This document shows, piece after piece, positions 45,859-54,732 of a stretch of 61,930 bases of DNA; positions within the stretch are counted from its first letter, which is position 1, and every line of letters begins with the position of its first letter. The stretch lies in assembly GCA_040397685.1 (NCBI GenBank), contig JBBAVM010000003.1:1-61930 (forward strand). Direction: 5' to 3'. The position numbers and the translations under genes were made by a program. A model generated the notes under the pieces. The model made no database searches. It was not told the DNA's origin and worked only from the letters and a program-made list of their open reading frames with translations. The stretch is from Pirellulales bacterium (GTDB lineage: Bacteria; Planctomycetota; Planctomycetia; Pirellulales; UBA1268).

Positions 45859-47067
45859 TCAGCGGTCGATCTCGCCCATCACGATGTCGAGGCTGCCCAC
45901 GATCGCGGGCACATCGGCGATCAGGCAGCCGCGGCAGAGCTCGTGCACGACGGAGAGGTTCGAGAACGAGCTCGAGCGGGCCCGGGCCCGCCACGGGATC
46001 GGCGTGCCGTCGCCCACGACGTAGAAGCCCATCTGCCCCTTGGGGCATTCCGTCTCCAGGTAGGCGTCGCCGGCCGGGATCTTCTCGGTCAACTTGAGCG
46101 GCTCGCCGAGCGGGCCCTTGCAGGCCGAATAACGGTCGATCGCCTGGCGAACCAGGTCCATCGACTGCACCACCTCGAGCATCCGCACGAAGAACCGGTG
46201 CCAGCAGTCGCCGAGCACGGCGTCGGCGGGCACGGCCGGGTAGGTGTGGTCGCGGGGATAGCGGCCGTCCTTCTGCACGGCGACTTCGAAGGCGTAGCCG
46301 TCGTACATCGCGGTGTAGATGCTCTCGCCGTCGCGCCGCATGTCCTGATCGACGCCGCTGCCGCGGAGCACGGGGCCGGAGCAGCCGTAATCGATCGCCA
46401 TTTCCCGCGACAGGACGCCGATGCCGGCGGTCCGCTTCACGAAGATGGCGTTGGTCGTGAGGAGGGCGTGATACTCCTGGATCACGGGCTCGAACTGCTC
46501 GAGGAACGCCTCGCACTTGTCGAGCCAGCCCGGCGGCAGGTCCGCCGTGAGGCCGCCGACCGTGATGTAGCTGTAGGTCAGCCGGGCGCCGCATGCCTCC
46601 TCGAACAGGTCGAGGATCTTCTCCCGCTCGCGGAAGGCGTAAAGAAACGGGCTGAACGTCCCGAGGTCGAGGCCGTACGCCCCCATGCCCACCAGGTGGC
46701 TGGCGATCCGGCTGAGCTCGGCAATCAGCACACGGAGGTGCCGGGCCTTCTCGCTGACCTCGTGCTTCATGAGTTTCTCGACGGCGAGGGCCCAGCCGAG
46801 GTTCATGTTCATCGCCGCGAGGTAATCCATCCGGTCGGTGTACGGAATCCACTGCCGGGCCGAGAGGTTTTCGCCGATTTTCTCGGCGCAGCGGTGCAGA
46901 TAGCCGATGTGCGGCTCGACCTGCGACACGATCTCGCCGTCGGTGCGGAGCACGAGGCGGAGCACGCCATGGGTGCTCGGGTGCTGCGGCCCCATGTTGA
47001 CGAGCATCTCGTCCGTGCGGACGTCGAACTCGATGATCCGCGGATCGTCGTCGATGAGTTGTGCCAT
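45859..47067 (-). CDS. nuoD: NADH-quinone oxidoreductase subunit D
   Basis: 402-aa ORF: MLVNMGPQHPSTHGVLRLVL..., DRMDYL, C-terminal SLDIVMGEIDR. Confidence 0.93.
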   Translation of the reverse strand: MAQLIDDDPRIIEFDVRTDEMLVNMGPQHPSTHGVLRLVLRTDGEIVSQVEPHIGYLHRCAEKIGENLSARQWIPYTDRMDYLAAMNMNLGWALAVEKLMKHEVSEKARHLRVLIAELSRIASHLVGMGAYGLDLGTFSPFLYAFREREKILDLFEEACGARLTYSYITVGGLTADLPPGWLDKCEAFLEQFEPVIQEYHALLTTNAIFVKRTAGIGVLSREMAIDYGCSGPVLRGSGVDQDMRRDGESIYTAMYDGYAFEVAVQKDGRYPRDHTYPAVPADAVLGDCWHRFFVRMLEVVQSMDLVRQAIDRYSACKGPLGEPLKLTEKIPAGDAYLETECPKGQMGFYVVGDGTPIPWRARARSSSFSNLSVVHELCRGCLIADVPAIVGSLDIVMGEIDR

Positions 47068-47091
47068 GGTGTGAGCGTCTCGTGGGGGAGG

Positions 47092-47622
47092 CTAGCGGCC
47101 CCGGATACCGTGATAGTCCAGCGGCATCTCGTAGTCCTTGCGGAGCGGATACCCTTCCCAGTCTTCCGGGCAGAGGATGCGGCGGAGATCGGGGTGGCCG
47201 ACGAAGGTGATGCCCGACATGTCGTAGACCTCGCGTTCGTGCCAGTCGGCCGTGCGCCACACGCCCGCCACGCTCGGGATCTCGGGGAGTTCACCCGGCG
47301 TGTCGTTCTTCCAGCGCGGCAGATTCGCCTTGAGCACGAGGCTCACGCGGGCCGCGGTGCTCCAGAGGTGGTAGACGAGTTCGATTCGGGGCTGCCACGT
47401 GACCTTCGCCGCCTTCTTCGGGTCGGGCTCGCACCAATCAACGGCCGTCACGCACTCGAGGGCGTCGAACCGCGGATCGGACGACTGCTTGAGCCACCGG
47501 CCCACGTCGGCGATGCGATCCGGCGCGACCTCGATCCAGGGGTCGAGGGCCTCGAGGTTACGTCCGGTGACCGCCCCGGGGAGGGCGACCTCGAGCTTCT
47601 CCAGAAATGCCGGGCCTCTCAT
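47092..47622 (-). CDS. nuoC: NADH-quinone oxidoreductase subunit C
   Basis: Internal ATG ([11 protein letters not shown]) of ORF 47092..48234. [24 protein letters not shown]...EGYPLRKDY. Confidence 0.88.
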   Translation of the reverse strand: MRGPAFLEKLEVALPGAVTGRNLEALDPWIEVAPDRIADVGRWLKQSSDPRFDALECVTAVDWCEPDPKKAAKVTWQPRIELVYHLWSTAARVSLVLKANLPRWKNDTPGELPEIPSVAGVWRTADWHEREVYDMSGITFVGHPDLRRILCPEDWEGYPLRKDYEMPLDYHGIRGR

Positions 47623-47678
47623 CGTGAACGTCCTCGCGATATGCCGCGTTGTTCGGGTGGGGAGTGAAGCGTCTGTCG

Positions 47679-48305
47679 TCAGCCCGACGCGGCCCGCTCG
47701 GCGGAAACCGCCCGCACCCAGTCGAGATCTCCCCGACTCCAGACGTAGGCGAATCCGACGAGGAGGATGGCGAAGAAGGCGGCCATGTCGAACACCGCCG
47801 TGCGGGCGAGCAGCGTTCCCGTCCTGGCCACGGCCCACTCCGCCTCGGCCTGCGGCAGGCTCTTCTCGCCGCGGGTGGCCTCGAGGCGGCTCTTCACCGC
47901 GTCCGGAACCGGAAGGCGCGGGACGGCAGGCGCCGCGACCCCAAGTTCCCGCAGCAGCCCCGACGCGGCGGGCGTGAGGTCCGCACCGTCGGCCTGCACC
48001 GTGGCGAGTGCCGGGTCGGCGAGCTGGACCGACTTTCCGAACACCGTCGCCCACGGAAAGAAGAGCGCCACTTCCACGTCGAAGATGATGAACAGCAGGG
48101 CCACGACGTAGAACCGCAGGTCGAACTGAACGAAGCTCGAGCCGATCGCAGGCTCGCCGCACTCGTAGACCTCGAGCTTTTCCGTGTTGGGCATCCGCGG
48201 CCGCACCAGCCAGCCCACGAGCAGGTTGACGCACAGGAACGCGCCGCCGAGCGCCACGAACAGGGCGACGTAGCCGGCGATCAGGGCGGGATGGGTGGGG
48301 CTCAT
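47679..48305 (-). CDS. nuoA: NADH-quinone oxidoreductase subunit A with a ~85-aa insertion between TM2 and TM3
   Basis: 208 aa: [10 protein letters not shown]...[26 protein letters not shown] ... [20 protein letters not shown]. The conserved ends are separated by a Cys-free A/P/L-rich insert. Confidence 0.88.
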   Translation of the reverse strand: MSPTHPALIAGYVALFVALGGAFLCVNLLVGWLVRPRMPNTEKLEVYECGEPAIGSSFVQFDLRFYVVALLFIIFDVEVALFFPWATVFGKSVQLADPALATVQADGADLTPAASGLLRELGVAAPAVPRLPVPDAVKSRLEATRGEKSLPQAEAEWAVARTGTLLARTAVFDMAAFFAILLVGFAYVWSRGDLDWVRAVSAERAASG

Positions 48306-48312
48306 GCGCGAC

Positions 48313-48840
48313 CTACTGGTTCGGACCGCCGTGCACGGGTTCGACGATCACCTTCGACGCTGCGACGGCGGTGGGATTGATGGTCGCCCGCCCCCACGCG
48401 ACGTCCACCGGCAGCCGCGCGAAATCCACGATCGTTCCGTCGCGGCTGTAGCAGCTCAGGTCGAGCGTGGACCCCATGAAGATGCAGTCCACCGGACAGG
48501 GCTCGACACACAACGCGCAGAACATGCACTTGGAGTAGTCGATCGCAAACCCGGTCACCTGGAAGCCCTTACCGCCGCTGACCCGCTCCTTGCCGATGTA
48601 AATACAGTCCACCGGGCAGGCCTTCGAGCACTGGTCGCAGGCGATGCAGGTCGTGAGGTCGTAGCGATGGAAGCCGCGGTAGCGGGCGGCGACCGGCGCG
48701 GGCAGTTCCGGATATTCGAAGTGCTCGGTGAACGTGCGTCGCTTCTGGTCGTACGTGCTGCCGAACACCCGGAGCGTGACCGCCATCCCCTCGAGGACGG
48801 TACCGACGGCCGAGAACAGGTTCCGGAACCAGGACTTCAT
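48313..48840 (-). CDS. nuoI: NADH-quinone oxidoreductase subunit I (2x[4Fe-4S] ferredoxin-type)
   Basis: Start at MKSWFRNLF (48840). YPE...RYRGFH, CIACDQCSKACPVDCI and CMFCALCVEPCPVDCI cluster motifs. Confidence 0.85.
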   Translation of the reverse strand: MKSWFRNLFSAVGTVLEGMAVTLRVFGSTYDQKRRTFTEHFEYPELPAPVAARYRGFHRYDLTTCIACDQCSKACPVDCIYIGKERVSGGKGFQVTGFAIDYSKCMFCALCVEPCPVDCIFMGSTLDLSCYSRDGTIVDFARLPVDVAWGRATINPTAVAASKVIVEPVHGGPNQ

Positions 48841-48859
48841 GGCTACCAGGACTTCATGG
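48828..48859. repeat. 17-bp-period tandem duplication covering the nuoI start codon
   Basis: accaggacttcatgg at 48828-48842 and again at 48845-48859. On the coding strand this gives ccATGAAGTCCTGGT AG ccATGAAGTCCTGGTtcc, so the upstream copy reads M-K-S-W-stop. Confidence 0.85.
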
Positions 48860-49072
48860 GTGCCAAACCGCGCCAATGACCGACACGGCGAGAGTATAGG
48901 GAGCGGCGCACCACCAACAAGGCACCGCACCGAAACACCTCTCTAGCAACGTGTTGCGACGAAGTGTCCTGGCGACCGCCCGCGGGACGCGCCCCGGCCC
49001 CGCGACCGCTTTCCCGGCAATTTCGCCCCAGAAAGCGAGGGTTTTCCAGCCTCCCCCGGCCCCGCAGAATGC

Positions 49073-49100
49073 TTGACTGTGGAACGGAAACCTTTACAGT
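49073..49100 (+). promoter_or_regulatory. Candidate sigma70-type promoter for csrA copy 2
   Basis: TTGACT (49073-49078), 16-nt spacer, TACAGT (49095-49100). About 80 nt upstream of the ATG, whose Shine-Dalgarno sequence is AAGGA. By-eye match only. Confidence 0.3.
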
Positions 49101-49180
49101 TATGTGGTTTGAGTCGAGTGCGATCGGCGTCGCCCCGACTCCTAGAACAACTCAGGAACTCTGCCGCCAAGGATTGGTCC

Positions 49181-49441
49181 ATGCTCGTCCTGTCTCGCAA
49201 AAAAGACGAGAGCATCGTCATCAACAACGACATCACGATCGTCGTCGTTGAAATCCGTGGCGACAAGGTGCGGCTCGGCGTCGAGGCTCCCAAGGAGGTG
49301 CCGGTGCATCGCCGCGAGGTCTTCGAGGCGATCAGCCGCGGTGAACCGCTCGACGCGGCCGCGCTGCCCCCCTCCGACCAGCTCGACGATGCCGCCGGGC
49401 AGGCCGACATTCGCCCTCCCGCCACCGACGCCATTCCCTGA
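49181..49441 (+). CDS. csrA: Carbon storage regulator CsrA (copy 2, no adjacent fliW)
   Basis: Internal ATG of ORF 49073..49441: [51 protein letters not shown]. Confidence 0.9.
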   Translation: MLVLSRKKDESIVINNDITIVVVEIRGDKVRLGVEAPKEVPVHRREVFEAISRGEPLDAAALPPSDQLDDAAGQADIRPPATDAIP

Positions 49442-49479
49442 CCGGCCCGGCTGCGGTACAAATGATCGGCCGTTTGTTC

Positions 49480-49551
49480 GGCCCCATCGTCTAGCGGTTA
49501 GGACACGGCCCTTTCAAGGCTGGAACCGGGGTTCGAGTCCCCGTGGGGTCA
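49480..49551 (+). tRNA. tRNA-Glu (anticodon UUC)
   Basis: ggccccatcgtctagcggttaggacacggccctTTCaaggctggaaccggggttcgagtccccgtggggtca. Acceptor ggcccca/tggggtc (one G-U pair), anticodon loop cttTTCaa, T arm ccggggttcgagtccccg. Confidence 0.9.
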
Positions 49552-49561
49552 TTCGCTTCCG

Positions 49562-50599
49562 TTGAATGACGCATTCATGAGCGACGGAGTGTACGACGCG
49601 GTGCTGGTGGTGTCGTTCGGCGGCCCGGACGGGCCGGACGATGTCCTGCCGTTTCTGGAAAACGTGCTCCGCGGTCGCAACGTGCCGCGGGAACGCATGC
49701 TCGAGGTGGCCGAGCACTACCACCACTTCGGCGGCAAAAGCCCGATCAACGAACAGAACCTCGCGCTCCTCGCGGCCCTGCGGCAGGAACTCGAGCATCG
49801 CGGCCCGCACCTGCCCGTCTACTGGGGCAACCGCAACTGGCATCCGCTGCTCACCGACACGCTGCGGGAGATGGCGGATGCGGGCGTGAAGCGGGCGCTG
49901 GCGTTCGTGACGAGCGCCTACAGCAGCTACTCGGGCTGCCGACAGTATCGGGAAAACATCGCCGCGGCCTGCGCCCCGCTGGGTGACCGGGCCCCGCAGG
50001 TGGACAAGATCCGGGTGTTCTTCAACCATCCGGGCTTCGTCGGTCCGATGGCCACCCGCGTGCGCGCGGCCCTCGACCAGATCGCGGCGGGGGATCGGCC
50101 CGACATCCCCGTGCTGTTCACGGCGCACAGCATCCCGACGTCGATGGCGGACGGCTGCCGGTATGTCAAACAACTCACGGAGGCCTCCCGCCTCGTCGCC
50201 GAGCAGGCCGGCGTGAACCGTTGGGAACTCGTCTATCAGAGCCGGAGCGGTCCGCCCTCCCAGCCCTGGCTCGAGCCGGACGTCTGCGATCGGATCCGAT
50301 CGCTGCACGCCGCCGGCGTGCGGCGGCTCGTGATCGCCCCGATCGGGTTCATCTCCGACCACATGGAGGTGCTCTACGACCTCGACACCGAGGCGGCCGA
50401 CCTCTGCCGCGAGCTCGGCATCGAGATGGTGCGGGCCGCCACGGTCGGCACCGATCCGGCGTTCGTGGCGATGGTCCGCGACCTGATCGCGGAGCGGCAC
50501 TTCGCCGAGCCCACGCGGCTGTCGATCGGCGAACTGCCGGCAAGCCACGACGTGTGCCCCCTCGACTGCTGCCCTGCGCCCGTGATGCGGCGGCCATGA
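49562..50599 (+). CDS. hemH: Ferrochelatase
   Basis: 345-aa ORF: [50 protein letters not shown]..., [19 protein letters not shown]. Confidence 0.88.
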   Translation: MNDAFMSDGVYDAVLVVSFGGPDGPDDVLPFLENVLRGRNVPRERMLEVAEHYHHFGGKSPINEQNLALLAALRQELEHRGPHLPVYWGNRNWHPLLTDTLREMADAGVKRALAFVTSAYSSYSGCRQYRENIAAACAPLGDRAPQVDKIRVFFNHPGFVGPMATRVRAALDQIAAGDRPDIPVLFTAHSIPTSMADGCRYVKQLTEASRLVAEQAGVNRWELVYQSRSGPPSQPWLEPDVCDRIRSLHAAGVRRLVIAPIGFISDHMEVLYDLDTEAADLCRELGIEMVRAATVGTDPAFVAMVRDLIAERHFAEPTRLSIGELPASHDVCPLDCCPAPVMRRP

Positions 50600-51240
50600 G
50601 CGCTGCCGAGCGGCCCGCGACCGTCGCCCTCGTGCACGGCTACCTCGCCAACCGCTTCATGCTGGGCGTCCTCGGCGCCCGGCTCCGCGGCAGGGGCTTC
50701 GAGCCGCGGCCGTGGGGCTACTGGAACATGCGTTGCTCGCTGCTCGTGCATGCCGACCGCTTCGCCCGTCGCCTGATGGACCTCGACGCCGACGCCGAGG
50801 TCCACACGCTGCACCTCGTGACGCACAGCATGGGAGGGATCATCGCCCGGGCCGCGCTCGACCGCTACCGCCCCGCGAAGCTCGGCCGGTTCGTCATGCT
50901 CGCCCCGCCGAACAAGGGCTCGTTCGTGGCGACGCGGGCGGCCGGTACGTTCGGCCGCGTGTTCGAGCCCGTCCGGGAACTCTCGACCGCTGGCGACAGC
51001 CTCGTCAACTCGCTGCCCGTGCCCCGCGATGTCGAGATCGGGGTGATCGCGGCGGAGTGGGATGCGCTCGTGTCGGACGACAGCACGCGGCCGGACGTGC
51101 CGCACGCGCACGCCACGCTGCCGACGTTCCACTCGGGCCTCCTGTTCCGGCGCGACGCGGCCGACTACATCGCCGCCTTCCTCGCCACTGGACGATTCCC
51201 GACGCCCCCGGCCTCCGCAGCCACGCCCGCCCAGCCATGA
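50596..51240 (+). CDS. Alpha/beta-fold hydrolase (lipase/esterase-like)
   Basis: ATG overlaps the hemH stop (ATGA). [10 protein letters not shown]..., nucleophile elbow THSMGG. Confidence 0.7.
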   Translation: MSAAERPATVALVHGYLANRFMLGVLGARLRGRGFEPRPWGYWNMRCSLLVHADRFARRLMDLDADAEVHTLHLVTHSMGGIIARAALDRYRPAKLGRFVMLAPPNKGSFVATRAAGTFGRVFEPVRELSTAGDSLVNSLPVPRDVEIGVIAAEWDALVSDDSTRPDVPHAHATLPTFHSGLLFRRDAADYIAAFLATGRFPTPPASAATPAQP

Positions 51241-52226
51241 ATACCGCCCCCCGCCCCCTCGGAACATCGCCCGTCGCCGTCGGGCCGCTCGGCCTCGGCT
51301 GCTGGCCGCTCGCGGGCATGACCCGCGCCGGCGTCACGGCGGAGATGGCGGAGGCCACGGTGCGGGCGGCCCTCGACGCCGGCATCACGCACCTCGACAC
51401 GGCCTACTGCTACGGCGAGCGCGGCGAAAGCGAGCGGGCGATCGCCGCGGCGATCCGCGGCCGGCGCGACCAAGTCGTGATCGCCGGCAAATGCGGCATC
51501 CACTGGGAGCCCGACGCCACGGCGAGTCCGCCGCGCCGGCAGGTCGTCGATGGCCGGCCCGAGCGGATTCGGACGGAGGTCGATGAGAGCCTTCGCCGGC
51601 TGGGCACCGACCATCTCGATCTCCTCTACCTCCACGCCCCCGATCCGAGCGTGCCGATCACCGAATCCGCGGGTGAGCTTTCCCGGCTACTCGACGTCGG
51701 CAAGGCCAAGGCGATCGGCGTGTCGAACGTCTCGCTCGCCCAGCTCGAGGCGTTTTCGGCCGCCTGCCCGCTCGCCGCGTGCCAGATGCACTTCAACATG
51801 CTGCAGCGCGAGATCGAGCGGGAGATCCTGCCGTGGTGCAGAGGCCACGGCGTGGCGATGGTCGTCTACTGGCCGCTCATGAAGGGCCTGCTCACGGGCA
51901 CGATGCGGCGCGGGCAGGTGTTTCCCACGACCGACAGCCGCCACAAGTATCCGATGTTCAACGGCATGGAATTCGATCGCAACCTCGACTTCGTCGAGGC
52001 GCTCGAGCCGATCGCCGCCCGGCTCGGCTGCAGCCTGCCCGATCTCGTGCTCGCCTGGACGGCCGAGCAGCCGGGCATCACGAGCGTGCTCTTCGGCGCG
52101 ACGTCGCCCGAGCAGGTGGCGATCAATGCCGGGGCGCTTGCCGTCGATCTCGACGACGAGGCCCGCCGCGGCATCGCCGCGGCGACCGTCGCCCGCGGCC
52201 CCGTCGCCAACCGCCGCCCCGTGTAG
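51237..52226 (+). CDS. Aldo/keto reductase
   Basis: ATG overlaps the previous stop (ATGA). LGLGCWPLAG..., LDTAYCYGERGESE, LDLLYLHAPD, GVSNVS. Confidence 0.85.
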   Translation: MNTAPRPLGTSPVAVGPLGLGCWPLAGMTRAGVTAEMAEATVRAALDAGITHLDTAYCYGERGESERAIAAAIRGRRDQVVIAGKCGIHWEPDATASPPRRQVVDGRPERIRTEVDESLRRLGTDHLDLLYLHAPDPSVPITESAGELSRLLDVGKAKAIGVSNVSLAQLEAFSAACPLAACQMHFNMLQREIEREILPWCRGHGVAMVVYWPLMKGLLTGTMRRGQVFPTTDSRHKYPMFNGMEFDRNLDFVEALEPIAARLGCSLPDLVLAWTAEQPGITSVLFGATSPEQVAINAGALAVDLDDEARRGIAAATVARGPVANRRPV

Positions 52227-52241
52227 AAACCCATCCGAAGT

Positions 52242-52311
52242 CCCTCGCTCGCGCGTCGGGCTCCCGTCATCCCACGAAAGCCCCCACGAAAGCCCGCAGC
52301 GCAAGCAAGGG
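52242..52311. repeat. Hairpin-plus-array intergenic repeat, locus 3 (opposite orientation, 2 array units)
   Basis: ccctcgctcgcgcgtcgggctcccgtc, then cccacgaaagcc x2 (52271-52294), then cgcagcgcaagcaaggg. Confidence 0.75.
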
Positions 52312-52332
52312 CCTCCTCACCGCATCACGACA

Positions 52333-54732
52333 ATGACCTGCTGGGCCCCGCTCGGAGACACCGCGTTCGTCCTCCATCTGGATGCGGCATCATCCACCGC
52401 CGGGGCACACCGCGCTGGAGTCTTGGCCGACGCGATCCGGCGCGACCCGCCGCAGGGCACGATCGACGTCGTTCCGGCCCGGGAGAGCGTGACGGTGTTC
52501 TACGACGTCGCCGTCGTCAGTGATCCCGCCGACTTCGCGGCGGCACTCGCGCGGATCGTGAGCAGCCTTCCGCCAGGCGCTCGGCTCGGCGCGGGCAGCA
52601 TGCACGAGATCCCCGTCGTCTACGGTGGCGACGAGGGGCCCGATCTCGACGAGGTCTGTGCGCGTCACGGCATCGATCGGGCCCGGTTCATCGCGCTCCA
52701 CACGGCACCCGAGTATGTCGTCGAGGCGATAGGCTTCGCGCCGGGGTTTCCGTATCTCTCCGGACTCCCCGCGGAACTCGCCACGCCCCGTCGCGAAACC
52801 CCGCGGACGCTCGTGCCTCCCGGCTCCGTCGGCATCGGTGGGACGCAGACGGGCATCTATCCGTTCGCAACGCCTGGTGGATGGCACATCGTCGGCCGCA
52901 CCGACCTGCGGTTGTTCGACGCCAGCCGTGAGCCGGCGGCTCTGCTTCGCACGGGCGACCGCGTGCGCTTCGTAGACGTCACCGAAACGGCTCGGAGGAT
53001 CGAAGCAGCAGCGGAAGACGTCCACCCGAACAACGCGTCCGCTATGACCGGACAGGCCGTGCGCATCGGGCGGCCGGGCCTCATGACGACGATCCAGGAT
53101 CTCGGTCGCCCGGGACGCCGTGCGGCGGGCGTGCCCCTCTCCGGCGCCGCCGATCCCCTGTCGCTGCGGCTCGCAAACCTGATCGTCGGCAACGAGGAAC
53201 ATGCCGCCGCGATCGAATGCACGCTCGTGGGCCCGGAACTGACGTTCGAATGCGATGCCGTCGTGGCCCTCGGCGGCGCCGATTTCTCCGGGCTCCCGCG
53301 CTGGCGGCCGGTGGCTGTCGCAGCCGGCGAGACGCTCGCGGTCGGCCATGCCCGCCAGGGCTGCCGGGGCTACCTCGCGATCGCGGGAGGCGTGCTCGTG
53401 CCTCCACAGCTCGGGAGCCGCAGCACCTACGAGCGGGCGGGGCTCGGAGGCCTCGCGGGCACGGCGCTCCGTGCGGGCGACCGGGTGCCGATCGCCGCCG
53501 CGGTGCCGGCGGTGCATGGCCGTTGGACGGTTTCGACCGCCGTCGCTCCACTGCCACCCACGTCCAACGCGTGCGTGCTGCGGTTCATACCCGCTGACGC
53601 CGGGGGGCAGCTCGCCGGCACGGCCTGGCGCACGAGCAATCGTTCGGACCGGATGGGTGTGCGGCTCGAGGGCAGCCCGCTCGAGGGTGGCCGAGGCGAC
53701 CTCGTCTCGGCAGCGGTGACTCCCGGAACGATCCAACTGCCTCCCGATGGCCAGCCCATCATCCTCTTGGCCGATGCCCAGACGATCGGCGGGTATGCCG
53801 TCGCCGGGCACATGATCGCCGCCGACCTGCGGCTCGCCGCGCAACTGCGGCCCGGCGACGCCGTGACGTTCACGCCCGTGGCGCTCGAGGTGGCGCACGC
53901 GGCATTTCGGGAGCAGGAGCAGGCCATGGCCGAGCTTCGGCGGGCGCTCGCCGGCCGGGTCGCGTACCGCGGCCGCGAGCAGGCCGCCGTGAAAGCGATC
54001 GACCTCAATTGCGATCTCGGCGAGGGAATGGAGCACGATGCCGCCCTCATGCCGCTCATCTCCTCCGCCAACATCGCCTGCGGCGGCCACGCCGGCGACG
54101 ACCGCACGATGGCGGACGCTGTCGCTCTCGCTCGCCGATATCGGGTCGCGATCGGCGCCCATCCGGGCCATGCGGATCGGAGCCACTTCGGCCGCCGCGA
54201 GCATGCGCTCTCGCCCGAGGCGGCGGCAACGCTCGTGCTCGGCCAGATCGCCGCGCTCGCCGCCCACGCCGGCGACGATCTCCATCATGTGAAACTCCAC
54301 GGCGCGCTCTACCACCAGGCAAATCGTGACGACGCTCTGGCGGCGGCGATCGCCGCCGCCCTGCGGTCACGGCATCCGTGCCTCGTGGTCTACGCTGAGT
54401 TCGGCAGCCTGTTCGCCAGGTGGGCCCGGGCCGAGGGGCTCGCCGTGGCCGAGGAAGCGTTTATCGATCGGGCCTACCGCGGCGACGGCAGCCTCGCTCC
54501 GCGGTCGATGCCGGGCGCCGTGATCGCCGACCGTGACACCGCAGCGGACCGGGCCCGCCGGCTCGTGTGCGACGGGCAGATCGAAACGCTCGATGGCACG
54601 TCGCTCGCCATCCGTCCCGACACACTCTGCGTCCACGGCGACGGTGAGCACGCGGTCGCCATCGCGGCTGCGGTGCGCGAGACGCTCACGCGCACGGGCG
54701 TGGCGATCCGGGCCACCTCGGGCCGGGGCTAG
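52333..54732 (+). CDS. pxpBCA: Single-polypeptide fusion of 5-oxoprolinase subunits PxpB (KipI), PxpC (KipA) and PxpA (LamB/YcsF)
   Basis: One uninterrupted frame of 799 codons from MTCWAPLGDTAFVL. The B part has GFAPGFPYLSGL...IYPFATPGGWHIVGRT. The C part has GLMTTIQDLGRPG...SNRSDRMGVRLEG...LLADAQTIGGY. The A part has IDLNCDLGEG...SSANIACGGHAGD...VKLHGALY. Confidence 0.85.
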   Translation: MTCWAPLGDTAFVLHLDAASSTAGAHRAGVLADAIRRDPPQGTIDVVPARESVTVFYDVAVVSDPADFAAALARIVSSLPPGARLGAGSMHEIPVVYGGDEGPDLDEVCARHGIDRARFIALHTAPEYVVEAIGFAPGFPYLSGLPAELATPRRETPRTLVPPGSVGIGGTQTGIYPFATPGGWHIVGRTDLRLFDASREPAALLRTGDRVRFVDVTETARRIEAAAEDVHPNNASAMTGQAVRIGRPGLMTTIQDLGRPGRRAAGVPLSGAADPLSLRLANLIVGNEEHAAAIECTLVGPELTFECDAVVALGGADFSGLPRWRPVAVAAGETLAVGHARQGCRGYLAIAGGVLVPPQLGSRSTYERAGLGGLAGTALRAGDRVPIAAAVPAVHGRWTVSTAVAPLPPTSNACVLRFIPADAGGQLAGTAWRTSNRSDRMGVRLEGSPLEGGRGDLVSAAVTPGTIQLPPDGQPIILLADAQTIGGYAVAGHMIAADLRLAAQLRPGDAVTFTPVALEVAHAAFREQEQAMAELRRALAGRVAYRGREQAAVKAIDLNCDLGEGMEHDAALMPLISSANIACGGHAGDDRTMADAVALARRYRVAIGAHPGHADRSHFGRREHALSPEAAATLVLGQIAALAAHAGDDLHHVKLHGALYHQANRDDALAAAIAAALRSRHPCLVVYAEFGSLFARWARAEGLAVAEEAFIDRAYRGDGSLAPRSMPGAVIADRDTAADRARRLVCDGQIETLDGTSLAIRPDTLCVHGDGEHAVAIAAAVRETLTRTGVAIRATSGRG

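Noticed and set aside
47900-48060. NuoA insertion as a hidden or fused NuoB
   Set aside because: The insert contains no cysteine, so it cannot carry the NuoB [4Fe-4S] N2 ligands, and it is far shorter than NuoB.
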